DNA of 64,000 nucleotides from the NCBI GenBank assembly GCA_964016885.1, contig OZ024748.1, positions 54,498,001 through 54,562,000 on the forward strand. Direction: 5' to 3'. Both the position numbers and the translations under genes were made by a program. Shown piece after piece: positions 39,355 to 52,880 of this stretch (positions are counted from its first letter, which is position 1; every line of letters begins with the position of its first letter). The notes under the pieces are model-generated. The model did not search any database. It was not told the origin of the DNA and was given only the letters and a program-made list of their open reading frames with translations. This DNA is from Eledone cirrhosa. Taxonomy: Eukaryota.

Positions 39355-40167
39355 CCAGCTGGGCCACACCCACCGCCAGTGCTCGGTGAGGTTTCGGAAA
39401 ATTCTGGATGAGGAGTCTAATCAGCAAGAATACTCAGACGGGGATTCAAAATAAGCATACCTCCATAAATTTGTAAAGTAGTGGGGCAGGGCTCTCCAGT
39501 GTCCGCACCCCACTCCTATCATGGCGACAGACCCGAGGCGGACATGGATGGAGTTGCTGGTTCTTATGTCCAGAAGTCGCTGTATTAAGTAATGGTCGCA
39601 TTGGCAGAGAGAAAGAGGAGTTTTAGCTTAGTTGTGTAAAAGACAGCGAAAGCAATGTTGTGCAGAACAGCCAGCGATAGCCGCTACCTCACCCTTTCCA
39701 CCTAACGGTGTTCATTCTTCAGGTGGGATGACCTTCTTTAGATTTTGTGGAAGAAAACGGCAGTCCAGGAACTGAAGACACCGGGTGTTTCGATGACACC
39801 ACCAACCAATCGATGAAACCATGCTACGTTGCCAACACCGTCACTCGTCAGTTCCATCACAGCAACGTGTAGAACTCTAGGTGTCTGCTGTCTCCAGGGG
39901 ACAAAATGGACAAAGCGTTATCCCGGGGAGAACATTTAAGACAGACAGGTAGGTAGATGTATCTGCTATCGAGTTGGCGTATAGAGACGGTTCAGTCACA
40001 CAGAATTGTCCAATAAATGTTTAAATAAATTTGGATCAGCTCGAGCTAAAGGAGTTGCCTCCCTTGCAATCTTCTTTTTATCTGATCACATCTGAAGGAA
40101 GTTTCAATCTTGAAATTACAAGGAGAGTCTCGGTTGGTTGAAATATTTACACACACACAGTGCGAGA

Positions 40168-40283
<116 letters not shown>

Positions 40284-40679
40284 CTGCTTGTCTGTCTGTC
40301 TGTCTCTCCCTCTCTCCCCCTTTCTCTGCTTGTCTGTCTGTCTGTCTCTCCCTCACTCTCGTTTGTGTCTACTCTGGTCAGCTTGGTTCATATTTTAATA
40401 ATACGAACTTGGTTTTCCGTAGAGTGAGTAAGAAAACGGCCCAAGCTGTGTCCGTTCTATTCGACTTACTTCGTAATAACTAACCCCTAACCCACCACAC
40501 CCCCGGACCTACAACATCCTTAACAGCCAGGTAGACTGGACTTCTGAAAGTAGCCACAGTGCAGTTGTTTGGAAACTTCTCTCTTTGATTCTGCTGCCAG
40601 TTTCTCCAGTCGCTGATGTTAATTCTGAACACCTTTCTTTTGTCTTTAGAAAAACCTAACTCTTCATACCTTTATGCTG

Positions 40680-41115
40680 CCATGATGATGATGATTGAGT
40701 TAGTGGTGATTATGATGATGATGGTGGTGGCTAGGATGATGATGGTGGTGGCTAGGATGATGATGGTGGTGGCTAGGATTATGATGGTGGTGGTGGTGGT
40801 GGTGGCGGTGGTTAGGATAAAAGCTGTAATGGTGTTGAGGATGGTGGTGGTGGCGGTCAGGATTATAGTTGTCATGTAGAATATAATGGTGGTAACAATG
40901 ATGATGATGATAGTGATGATGATGTTGATTATAATGGAATTAACGACGATGATAATGATAATGGTAGTGATGTGGTGGTGGTGGTGGTGGTGGTGGTGGT
41001 GGTGGTGGTGGTGATGTTGACGACGATGATGGTGGTGGTGATGTTGATGATGATGATGGTGGTGGTGATGTTTATGATGATGGTGATTATAATGGTGACG
41101 ATGACAACGGTGATT
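40680..41115. repeat. GAT/GGT low-complexity region
   Basis: Read directly. Confidence 0.9.
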
Positions 41116-41557
41116 ATAACGACACTGCGACAATGAGAGTGGCGTCAGTAGTAATGGTGATAATCTGTGTGGGAAAGGACGATACGGAAATATTGACTTC
41201 TCTCACGGCATCTCGTTTCTGGTAAATCACGATTTTCGGAGAGGTGCTCACTACAATTTGATTTTTTTTTTTAAACACAAAAACTAAAAGAAACTAAAAA
41301 AACAAATGCAACACCCACAAAAAAAAAAACAACAACAAAAAATGACACTGTTTAAAAAAACAAAACAAAGAAACAAACCATATAAATGAAAAAATAAACT
41401 TATTCGTGCATTGACCTGTGAAACGGTGTAAAACAAATTGTCATTCCTGCAGAGGAAACGCCTCGATTCATGAACTGCAAACTAACACGCAACTTTATGA
41501 GGACTTTTGGAATAAATCTCTCTCTCTCTATTTTTTTTTCTTCTAAATGTTGAATAT

Positions 41558-41800
41558 GTAGGCATGGCTGTGTGTGTGGTAAAGGGGTTCCCTATGTAGC
41601 CACGTGCTTCTGGGTTTAGTCCCGCTGCACAACACCTTGGCCAGATGTCTTCCAACGTAGCCTCGGGCTGACCAATACATTGTGGGTGGAATTTCGGAGA
41701 CGGAAACTAAAGAAACCCATCCTATGTGTGTGTGTTCATGTGTGTGTGTGTGTGTGTGTTCATGTGTGTGTGTGGTCATGTCTGTTTACGTTTGTGTCTG
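41558..41800 (+). mobile_element. SINE-B (tRNA-derived) with a (TG)n tail
   Basis: ggcatggctgtg..ggt..gggtttagtcccgctg..caccttgg..gcctcgggctgacc..gacggaaact..(tg)n. Confidence 0.7.
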
Positions 41801-41914
41801 CGTTTATGTATAAAATCCTGACACACTAGTATTTGGTGCTCTCACACGAGTAATGAGGTAGCTGTAACAACATACAATACCCAGAGCGAGACTTATCTAT
41901 GATACATAAACATA

Positions 41915-42125
41915 GAGCGGTGTATTGGCAGTATCGGTAGAGCGTCGGACACCATGCTTTGCAGCATAGAGTTACGGCTCCTTACGGTCTGTGTTCAAAT
42001 CCCGCCGAGGTTAACTTTACCTTTCATCATTTACGCGCTCGATAAACTAAAGCACCAGTAACTTACTGGGGTCGATTTAATCGCCCCCCCCCCCCAATTA
42101 CTGGCCTTGTGCCTATACTAGAAAT
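41915..42125 (+). mobile_element. SINE-A
   Basis: Matches the consensus. Confidence 0.85.
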
Positions 42126-42201
42126 CATTATACATATTGCACACGTTTCCTTTGCGACTTTATTATGATTCACACAGTGTTCGTGTTACTGTTTATATAT
42201 A

Positions 42202-42248
<47 letters not shown>

Positions 42249-42249
42249 A

Positions 42250-42442
42250 TTGTTTCTACTCTTGGCACAGGGCCAGCAATTATCCCAGTGTATTACTGGT
42301 ACTTTATTTTATCGACCCCCCCCCCCGTAAGGATGAAAGGCAAAGTTAACCTCGGCGGGATTTGAACTCAGAATGGCAAAGGCCGTAACTCTATACGTCA
42401 AAGTATGGCGTCCGACCCTCTCCCAATACTGCCAATCCACCA
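42250..42442 (-). mobile_element. SINE-A, young copy
   Basis: Reverse complement matches the consensus. Confidence 0.9.
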
Positions 42443-42444
42443 AT

Positions 42445-42650
42445 GATGATAATAATAGTAATAAACGAAAGATAAAAGTTTATAACATCACTATTTATTT
42501 CATTATATACATCTCATATGTATTTTGTTTGAAGAAGGCATACTCTGATTTATGTTAAACATAAATGTTTGCATCCCCGGAATATATATAATGAAATAAA
42601 TAGTGATGTTATAAAGTTATATCTTTCGTTTATTGCTATTATCATCATAA
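42445..42650. repeat. ~80-bp inverted repeat around a degenerate PLE hammerhead-like spacer
   Basis: aataaacgaaagata..tataacatcactatttatttcattatata / tatataatgaaataaatagtgatgttata..tatctttcgtttatt; spacer ttgaagaaggcata..tatgttaaac. Confidence 0.6.
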
Positions 42651-42739
42651 TACCCCAGATAAGTTTTATCAGTCGAGTACTTCGTATCAGTTATAAACAT
42701 AACTCAGTTGATTACATGTCAACGAAGTTTTTAACTCAT

Positions 42740-42771
<32 letters not shown>

Positions 42772-43133
42772 CAATCACAGAAAAAAGAGAATCAGTGTTG
42801 CGACGAAAGGAATTTATTGGGCATATTACAATTGTTTCTCAGGCGACCAGCTCGAGGCACGATCGATGTGGTGATCAAACCTGACTCTGAAATCACGCGG
42901 TCCTCGGATACGTCTCGATTCTACGAAGCAAGTAGATTTTCCTATCTCACTCTCTCTATATATATATACATATATATATATATATCGAGAGAGAGAGAGA
43001 GACACGTAAAGAACTCGTGATTAGAAGACGACTGTCGAATATATATAGTGTTTTGTTAAAAGGATAAATTGAGAAATCCAAACCTACTATAATAACTATC
43101 ACTTTAGTACTGAGTAGTTTACTGGTCGTGGGA

Positions 43134-43208
43134 ATCCATTGAAAAGCATCGGACTCGTAAATATCTTCAATGAATTGCGAAACAGTTCTACCCGTAAGCT
43201 GTCTGGAT
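43134..43208 (+). ncRNA. Type-I hammerhead ribozyme, U3-A8 core variant
   Basis: atcca TTGAAAA gca..tgc GAAA cagtt..agctg TC| tggat: 5-bp stem I, 3-bp stem II, stem III of at least 5 bp, GUC site. Flanked by an imperfect inverted repeat at about 43057-43102 / 43211-43256. Confidence 0.65.
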
Positions 43209-43454
43209 ACGTGATAGCTATCATAGTAATTTGTACATCTCAATTTATCCTTTTAATTGAGTTCTGTGAACCATACTATTTTAGTCAGTATTTTCATCCT
43301 CGTGGGGGTTTCTGTCCCTTGGGATTTGAACACATAAAGTTATATATCTGTGTTCCTCTCTCTTTACTGTGTTATAAGGCTCGGAAAATGTTTTCCTTGA
43401 GTTAATTTGATTATAAGGGACTATTGTGAGTTTTTAACTCAATATATACTTTTG

Positions 43455-43505
<51 letters not shown>

Positions 43506-43508
43506 AAT

Positions 43509-43539
<31 letters not shown>

Positions 43540-43568
43540 AATTATATATATATATATGTGTGTGTAAT

Positions 43569-43601
<33 letters not shown>

Positions 43602-43604
43602 AAT

Positions 43605-43635
<31 letters not shown>

Positions 43636-43812
43636 AATTATATATATATATATATGTGTGTGTATGTAATTATTCATATATATATGTGTGTGTGTGTGTG
43701 TAATTATTCATATATATATGTGTGTGTGTGTGTAATTATTCATATATATGTGTGTGTGTGTGTGTGTGTGTATGTAATTATTCATATATATATATATGTG
43801 TGTGTATGTGTG

Positions 43813-43847
<35 letters not shown>

Positions 43848-44419
43848 ACATAATATATATTAGAAATCAGTTGAACATTCGAGCATTGAATCAGGTAATA
43901 TCTTGATGATGGTGATGATCATGATGATGATGTGTGCTCTGGTGGCAGTGGTGGTGGTGGCGGCGGCGGCAGCGTTAATGTTGCAGTTGGTGGTCATAAA
44001 GATGGCGACGATTACAAGCAATACAACAACTACAACAACAAGAACAGGAGGCAATAGAAAAAGAAGTACAAGATAAACAACAACGCCAAAGAACCACAAG
44101 AACAACAACAACGCCAAAGAACCACAAGAACAACAACAACAGGGACATAACTGCTATATCGACAAGAAAATAACTACAGCGATATCATGGACAACAAAGG
44201 TACCGTCACAAGATGGAGTCACTTTAGTTTTGTTGCCATTATAAGACACCAGACTTTTCTTTTGATATAAACTGACCACTATCTTGTATAGAAGTGGTTC
44301 TGTCTCTGTCACCTCAACTTCTACCCCCTCCCTCTATCTCTCTTTATATACACTTAATGTGTATACACACACACACGCACATATATATATAAAATGCATA
44401 CAATTATACATATATATTG

Positions 44420-44450
<31 letters not shown>

Positions 44451-44544
44451 TGTGTATATTTGTATATTATATATATATATATATAGACATACGCACATAT
44501 ATACATACTTATATATATAATGTATATATATATACACATAATAT

Positions 44545-44584
<40 letters not shown>

Positions 44585-45417
44585 GTATATATGTATGCAT
44601 ATATATGTGTGTGTTTCTCCCTGATTGTTCGCCCCCCCCCCCTCTAACTCTCACTCGTAACTTCTCTCTCTCTCCCTCTCTCCCTCTCTCTCCTTTCTAT
44701 CAAACCAGATCTGGATGTCTTTTATGGTCAAAGTTATGTTGACGTCTTTTATATATTATCTGACGTTGCCTATCTTGATTGGTTGCGAAAGAATAGGTTT
44801 TCGCTTCCGGTTTAACATTTTTCTCTTTCCAAAGAACAGAGCATCATCTTCACAACTTTTTCCAATCTTTCTATGAGTTTGTGTGTGTATGTGTGTGGTA
44901 TTTTTGTCTGCGTGCATGTATGTTTATATATGTGTATGCTATTTATGTCTGTATGTATTTAGCATTTTTGTCCGTGTTCGTTTATGTATGTATGTATGTC
45001 GTATTTTTGTTTGTGTGCATATATGGTTATGTATGTGTGTACGTATATGGTATTTTCGTGTATGTGTTTGTGTATGCATGTGGTATTTGTGTGTATCTGT
45101 GTGTGTCTGTGTATGCATGCGGTATTATTGTGTATGTGTGTGTGTATGTATGTGGTATTTTTGTGTATGTGTTTGAATGTCTTTATGTATAGGTTTCTAG
45201 TATGTGTTTTGTATGTGGATGTGTTTGTGTGTGTATATAGCATGTATGTGCGTGTATGTATATATATATGTGTGTGTATTGGAAAAACTGATTCTTTTTT
45301 TTTTCTACTTTTTCTTTCTTTTCTTTATTTTTTGTGTTATTTTTTCTGTTTTTCTTTCTTTCGACGGGGCTGGGGTTACTTTAGGTGAGATTCCAACATT
45401 TCTCTCTGGTTTCTTGA

Positions 45418-46170
45418 TAATGATGATGATGATAGTAGTGATGTTATTGGTGGTCATGGTGATGATGATGATGATAGTAGTGATGTTATTGGTGGTCATG
45501 ATGATGATGATGATAGTAGTGATGTTATTGGTGGTCATGGTGATGATGATGATGATAGTAGTGATGTTATTGGTGGTCATGGTGATGATGATGATGATAG
45601 TAGTGATGTTATTGGTGGTCATGGTGATGATGATGATGATAGTAGTGATGTTATTGGTGGTCATGGTGATGATGATGATGATAGTAGTGATGTTATTGGT
45701 GGTCATGATGATGATGTTGGTGGTGATAGTGATAGTGCTGTTATTGGTGGTCATGGTGATGATGTTGGTGGTGATATTGGTGGTCATGGTGGTGATAGTG
45801 ATGATGTTGGTGGTTATGATGGTGCTGATGTTGGTGGTGATAGTGATGATGTTGGTGGTGATATTGGTGGTCATGGTGGTGATAGTGATGATGTTGGTGG
45901 TTATGATGGTGCTGATGTTGGTGGTGATAGTGATGATGTTGGTGGTGATATTGGTGGTCATGGTGGTGATAGTGATGATGTTGGTGGTTATGATGGTGCT
46001 GATGTTGGTGGTGATAGTGATGATGTTGGTGGTGATGGTGATAGTGATGATAGTGATGTTATTGGCGGTTATGATGATAAGTGATGATGTTGGTGGTCAT
46101 GGTGATGATGGTGATGGTGATGATGGGGACAGTGATGATGGTGATGTTGTTGATGTTACTGATGGTGGTG
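45418..46170. repeat. GAT/GGT-based minisatellite
   Basis: gatgatgatgatagtagtgatgttattggtggtcatggt and longer units. Confidence 0.93.
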
Positions 46171-46204
46171 ATGTTGCACTTAGTGCTGCTAGTTATTGGT
46201 GACT

Positions 46205-46360
46205 GTATAGTATAGTAGTGGAGGTAGTGTTGGATGTGTAGTATAGTAGTGGAGGTAGTGTTGGGTGTGTAGTATAGTATAGTAGTGGAGGTAGTGTTGG
46301 GTGTGTAGTATAGTATAGTAGTGGAGGTAGTGTTGGGTGTGTAGTATAGTATAGTAGTGG
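46205..46360. repeat. ~36-bp minisatellite
   Basis: tagtatagtagtggaggtagtgttgggtgtg x4. Confidence 0.9.
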
Positions 46361-46424
46361 GGACGGTTTGGTGACGACGGGGTTATTCGGTGTTATAGTT
46401 TGAAGTTCAGATTCATCTATTTCA

Positions 46425-46515
46425 GCAAGTGGTTTGTGTATAAGACGCACAATCATAAGGTCACGGCTTCGACTCCTGGAATCAGTGGAGCCTTGTATTC
46501 TTCAACAATGTGCTA
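46425..46515 (+). mobile_element. Diverged SINE-C head
   Basis: agtggtt..cacaatcataaggtcacggcttcgactcctgga. Confidence 0.5.
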
Positions 46516-46532
46516 CATTCATGTAGCTTACC

Positions 46533-46688
46533 TTTATAGGACCTGGACCTACAACTTGCACAGAGTAAAGACATGTAACCCTTCCTATTATAGGACCTGG
46601 ACCTATAACTTATACAGAGTAAAGACATGTAACCCTTTCCATTATAGGACGTGGACCTACAACTTGTACAGAGTAAAGACATGTAACC
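46533..46688. repeat. ~54-bp triplicate
   Basis: ttataggacctggacctacaacttg.acagagtaaagacatgtaacc x3. Confidence 0.9.
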
Positions 46689-46730
46689 AGGAACGAAAAT
46701 GTTTCCACTATAAATGAACTTTATTGGATA

Positions 46731-47678
46731 CTAGCAGTAAAGCCCGGCGTTGCTCGGGGTCGCTCAGTAGCTGTGTTAAAGTTACAATGTTAAGTTTCTT
46801 TTTTGGCTTAAAAACTGTAGTGTCTACTGTGCAGACTTGCATGTGGTGTTTTTGATTAATATTCCCTCAACCAACAATATGCCTTATGAAGTTAAGAAAA
46901 CATAACGATAACCCAAATGTTATAACAAAAGAGGATGCTGGGGATAAAAACTGCACTGGTTATTTATTAACAAAGATCGAAAATGTAAACACTGCAACGC
47001 AGAGAAAAACATTAGCGTAACCAAATTATCAGTTATGTCTGTCTGCACGCCTATATCACCTCTCTGCACGACTGTCTGTCTGCACGCCTATATCACCTCT
47101 CTGCACGACTGTCTGTCTGCACGCCTATATCACCTCTCTGCACGACTATCTGTCTGCACGCGCATATCACCTCTCTGCACGACTGTCTGTCTGCACGACT
47201 GTCTGTCTGCACGCCTAACGACGAAATATTTGCTTGTTTTACGTAGTCTTTAAATAGACTTGTTTCCAAGTAAAAATATTGTTTTAAAATGCTTTTAAAT
47301 GGAAATGAAGCAAAACGGAAGCTTAGTGTTCGAACTGATGAATTTTGCAGGTCAATATTTTGCTGGCTCGACAACTGTTCTTGTATTGTGTTAATGTCAT
47401 TTTAAACGCTGAGAAAGCCAGCGTAATTTTTTACGTAAGACGCTCAATGTAAACAGAACAAAGGGAAATAACTGATAACTTACGCTCAAAAATCGATACA
47501 TTATATTCGATTTCGTCACATAGGGTGGGTCAATTTGAAATATTTTTTTTCCGATGTCTTCGCTAGGGCTCAATGTACAAGTATAGCAATTTCGGTGCAA
47601 TTCCGTCAGAGATTCTAAGAGGAGATGTGTGCCAAAAATCGATAGACAGACAGACAACCACAGTTTTATATATATAGA
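46731..47678 (-). mobile_element. Non-autonomous Helitron
   Basis: Minus strand: A|TC tatatatataaaa start, (gtct)n, an internal 37-bp tandem repeat (47035-47215), 3' hairpin cccgagcaacgccggg, then CTAG|T; no TSD. Confidence 0.85.
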
Positions 47679-47977
47679 TTACAATTGTTTCGCTATCGGT
47701 CGGCTCAGAGTTTGATCATAATATTTGGGGCCCGACTCTGTAGCGACATCTTTATAGATAGAGAGTAGCTAGAACTCTCTATTTTATAGCATATATATCA
47801 GTGTGTTACAGTTACACCCAGGCGAAGCGCAGTCAGTTTCGCTTTGGTGTAATGGTAATGTAACTAGACATCCGACAGACGGCTGGTGCGAGTTCCATTC
47901 ACGTAGGCGTCTCTAGGAGTTTATATACTGACTGTGTTAGACTCTCTGATAGTCAACCCTGTAGAAGCTTAATTACT

Positions 47978-48018
<41 letters not shown>

Positions 48019-48020
<2 letters not shown>

Positions 48021-48161
48021 ACGCAGTCCAGAATTAGCCGTCGAAACGGCTTGAGCTCAGCTGTCGGGGTCTTACTGGTTCCTATTACCCACTCTACTAC
48101 CTCAAGTATTGAGTACTTTGGTGCGTTATGGTCCACCTGGTTCCTTACCACATTTCCTTCG

Positions 48162-48162
<1 letters not shown>
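48019..48162 (+). mobile_element. TA-inserted mini-element, 'P-Q' family (collinear form)
   Basis: Module P (agaattagccgtcgaaacggcttgagctcag..ggggtcttact) followed by the reverse complement of module Q; (TA)n on both sides. Confidence 0.75.
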
Positions 48163-48208
<46 letters not shown>

Positions 48209-48215
<7 letters not shown>

Positions 48216-48496
48216 ATACTTGGGAAGGGTCATATTTGTGTATAATAATATTACCAGAATTAATAACAGAACACACTCACTGTTTGTTTGGTTTTCGCTT
48301 CTGTGTCTTTTATATCGGTTAATTTAATTTATTCGGTCCTCAATGTTACCATTGACTGACCAATGGTCAAAAATACAGATACAGTATAGACACAAACACA
48401 TATACATGTGACAAATATGACCCAAATATGACCCTCCCCAAGTATAACAATATTTGTTTCGACACACGATTTCATATCAAAAACCTCGCAAAACTA
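48209..48496. mobile_element. PLE-type element of the 12658-13647 family
   Basis: ~200 bp matching the left arm of 12701, then an inverted ~30-bp terminus plus tail (tttcgacacacgatttcatat..cctcgcaaaacta). Confidence 0.75.
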
Positions 48497-48510
48497 TATA
48501 CACACACAAG

Positions 48511-48541
<31 letters not shown>

Positions 48542-48618
48542 CTATTGACCTGAGGCAGTAATTTTACAAGTTTCACGTTACTAAACATATTTGCACAAAC
48601 CTTTTCTGAGATAACATA

Positions 48619-48704
<86 letters not shown>

Positions 48705-48923
48705 ATACATAATCATACATATATATGTATGGTTATGATTAAACATAAGCATTGATATACACACGCACGCAGACATTATACGTAAGCACGCACATGCGCA
48801 CACACATGTATATATACACACACACACACATTTACATGGATATAATTAAATATATGCATATATGTCCTCATGGATGGAAACCATTAAATATATACATACA
48901 TACACATAGTATATATATACAAG

Positions 48924-48956
<33 letters not shown>

Positions 48957-49499
48957 ATATATATTTGCCTGTGTATACATTTATATATACATGCATACAT
49001 ATATATATATATACACACACATATATACATATACTTATATATATATAATTTATATATGATATATATGATATATATGTATACGCGTATATATATATATATA
49101 AAATATATATATATATATATAAATAATATATTATATATTTAAAATATATATTATATATATATATATATCCATGTATGGACATGGTTAAACATATGCATTG
49201 ATGTATACACACACACGCACGCACACACATACACACACACACATATCGATCTTAGGTCATTCTGCCCCACACCCACCCCCACCCCATCGATATCTAGTCT
49301 GTTTCTTTGATTAGTTGTTTCAGCTATCACAGATCTTTTATTTTTTTTAGATGTCCTTTTTTTTCTTTTCGTTTTTTTTCTTTTCCTTTTCGCTCTAAGA
49401 GTAATTATGTTGAGGAGGCGACCCTGAGACACAGAAGCGTTGTCACCTCACTAGAGAGTTCTGGAATAGCTGTCATCATGATGATGGTGATGATGATAA

Positions 49500-50270
49500 T
49501 TGTGATGACGACGATGACGCAGTTGGTGGTGGTGTTGTGGTGATGGTGGTGTGGCGTTGGTGTTGTAGTGCTAGTGTTGTGGTGGTGGTGTAGTGGTGGT
49601 GGTGGTGGTGTAGTGGTGGTGGTGTAGTGGTGGTGGTGTTGGTGGTGTTGTGGTGGCGTTGTCGTGGTCGTGGTGTTGTAATGGTGGTGTTGTCGTGGTG
49701 ATGGTGGTGGTGGTGTTGGTGTTGTAATGGTGGTGTTGTCGTGGTGTGGTTGTGTTGTGGTGGCGTTGTGGTGGTGGTGTTGGTATTGTGATGGTGTTGT
49801 TGTGGTGGTGATGGTATTGTAATGGTGGTGGAGATGGTTGTGTTGTGGTGTTGTGATGGTGTTGTTGTGATGGTGGTGGTGTTCTGGTGGTGGTGTTGGT
49901 GGTGTTGTGGTGGCGTTGTCGTGGTGGTGTTGTAATGGTGGTGGTGTGGTGGTGATTGTGTTGTAATGGTGGTGGTGATGGTGGTGTTGTGGTGGTGTTG
50001 TCGTGGTGGTGGTGTTAGTGTTGTAATGGTGGTGTGGTGGTGGTGATGGTGGTGTTGTGATGGTGGTGTTGTGGTGATGGTGTTGTGGTGGTGGGTGTGG
50101 TTTTGTGGTGGTAGGGGTGGTTTTGTTGTGGTGGTGGTGTGGTGGTGGTGTTGTGGTGGTAGTGGTAGTGGTGGTGTTGTGGTTGTGGTGGTGGCGTTGT
50201 GGTGGTGGTGTTGTGGTAGTGGTGGTGGTGTTGTTGTGGTAGTGGTGTGGTGGTGGTGGGTATGATGATT
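49500..50270. repeat. GGT/TGT low-complexity region
   Basis: Read directly. Confidence 0.9.
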
Positions 50271-50517
50271 ATTGTGATAACCATTACGATGACAATGGTT
50301 TGATGAACATTGAAACGACACGTCTATGTATATATATATATACGTGTGTATATACGTATATATATATAAGGGTATATATATACGTGTGTATATATGTATA
50401 TATATACGTGTGTATAAATGTATATATATAAGGGTGTATATACGTATATAGTGTATATATGTATATATATAAGGGTGTACATAGTATATATATATATATA
50501 TATACATATACATACAT

Positions 50518-50581
<64 letters not shown>

Positions 50582-51270
50582 ATGTGTGCAGAAAGATGCA
50601 AAGTACTTACAAGTCTCAGCATATAAAACATGGAGACATATAAAGATAAAAAAACAACAATGTACTGAACACAGGGTCCACATTAATGGACATGGTTGTG
50701 TGTGTGTGTGTGTATAATGTGTGTGTGTGTGTTTAATATGTGGTGTGTGTGTGTGTGTGTGCAAATATCTATGTATTTGTGTATTTATATATACTGTGTG
50801 TGTTTCAGCATGAATTTCGACACACATACATACACACATACATACACACATACATACATACACACATACATACACACACATTCACACATACATACACACA
50901 CATACACGCACACATTCACACGCACACATACACATGCACACATTCACACATACACTCACATATACACTCACATATACACTCACACATTCACAGATTCACA
51001 GACACACAAATTCACACACATTCACTCATTCACACATTCACATTCACGCACACACATATATATATATATACACTCACATATATACACACACACACACACA
51101 CAAAGTGAACAGCAACAACGATAAAAATAACCAAAAACTATGATAAAAATATAATAGCTTTGCAAAAGCTGAAGGCCAACTTATGGAGGAGGTTGTCTTG
51201 GTTAGGGCCATTTTATAAAGTTGGTTATATCTAGAGAGAACATGAGATATCGCTTAGATATCACACACAC

Positions 51271-51309
<39 letters not shown>

Positions 51310-51851
51310 TACACAGCTTCTCTTTCTCTGTATCACATACACCAACAGAATTACAAACATACGCACACGTACACACACATACACAAACATACATATACAC
51401 ACATGCATATACACACACATACAGACCCACCTAAAGATTTACAAACCTGAACACATACACACACAGATATTGACAGGCAGACACACTGTCACATATATAC
51501 TGTCACACACACACACACACTGTCACAGACACACACACACACACTGTCACAGACACACTGCCACATTCACAGACACACACACACTGTCACAGACACACAC
51601 ACTGACACACTGTCACAGACACACACAGTGTCACATACATACTGTCATAGACACACACACTGAAACACACACACACACACACACTGTCACAGACACACAC
51701 ACACACTGTCACAGACACACACATCTGACTCTGATGAAAGATATATTACTGCAGGAATTGTACCTAATTTGGTGCCATTGAAGATGTATCATCGATGGTC
51801 TGAAAGCTGTAAAGAAATCCCGACACACACATATATATATACATGTATATG

Positions 51852-51939
<88 letters not shown>

Positions 51940-51963
51940 CACATATATATACATATATATACA

Positions 51964-51999
<36 letters not shown>

Positions 52000-52002
52000 C
52001 AT

Positions 52003-52120
52003 GAAGGCATGTGGCTGAGTGGTTAGAGAATTGGATTCACAATCGTAAGGATGTGAGTTCGATTCCTGGACCAGGTGATGCGTTATGTCCTTGAGCAAGA
52101 CACTTTATTTCACGTTGCTC
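52003..52120 (+). mobile_element. SINE-C tRNA head
   Basis: A box tggctgagtgg, B box gttcgattcc, then tgtccttgagcaagacactt. Confidence 0.8.
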
Positions 52121-52262
52121 CTTCTACCTGGAGTTGCGACCGATAGATAGTATTAGCAATTGGAAAGACCAACGGAAACATTGTTTCCTCGGTCCGATTT
52201 GACGAAAGTCGATCGTTCCTTATATATACATATATATATATATATAAGTTTTAATATAGATG

Positions 52263-52313
52263 AGATTCTACAGGACTATAACTGTTTCATTCTTTAGAAA
52301 TCATCAGAAATCT
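52263..52313 (-). ncRNA. Type-I hammerhead ribozyme (canonical core)
   Basis: Minus strand: agattt CTGATGA t ttc taaa gaa t GAAA cag ttatagtc ctg TA| gaatct; about 16 nt from (TA)n. Confidence 0.6.
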
Positions 52314-52880
52314 GGGTATCAAAAAATAAATATGGTATTTATAGGTCTCTACAAGTGGTAGGAGAGGGTGGCGAGTGGGCTGGGTGTAGGTCATTGGTTG
52401 ATAGAAAAGGGAATTCATTAAAAGCTAATTCTACAAAGCTATAGTTTATTTTTATTTTTATTAATTTTTGTTTTTAGAGTAACAAAAGCAGACAGAATTC
52501 TATAAACAGGTTCCGGATGGCATACCATTCCTTGTCATTAAGTTTCTCTTAAGCTAACAGATGTCTATAAGATCAGTGGGGGGTGGTCAGTCATGGTCGA
52601 TAGAATTAAAGGAAAGGGAGATTCTTTAAAAGCTAAATTCATTAAGGTTCTACTAAGTGACAAAGGTTTAGAGAATTCTGTAGACAGATTCAAAATACTG
52701 AGTGCATATCTTACAATTATCTTCGAACTTCTCTTAAACTAATCAACTATATGCCAAAAATCAACAGACACATTCACAAAAAAACACACTCACTCACACA
52801 CTCGCGCGCAACCATAAACGCACATACACATACACATATACACACATAAAAGCACACACACATATATATACATATATATA

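Noticed and set aside
52003-52075. tRNA gene
   Set aside because: A and B boxes are present, but the sequence continues into a SINE body and has paralogous degenerate heads at 24810 and 46425
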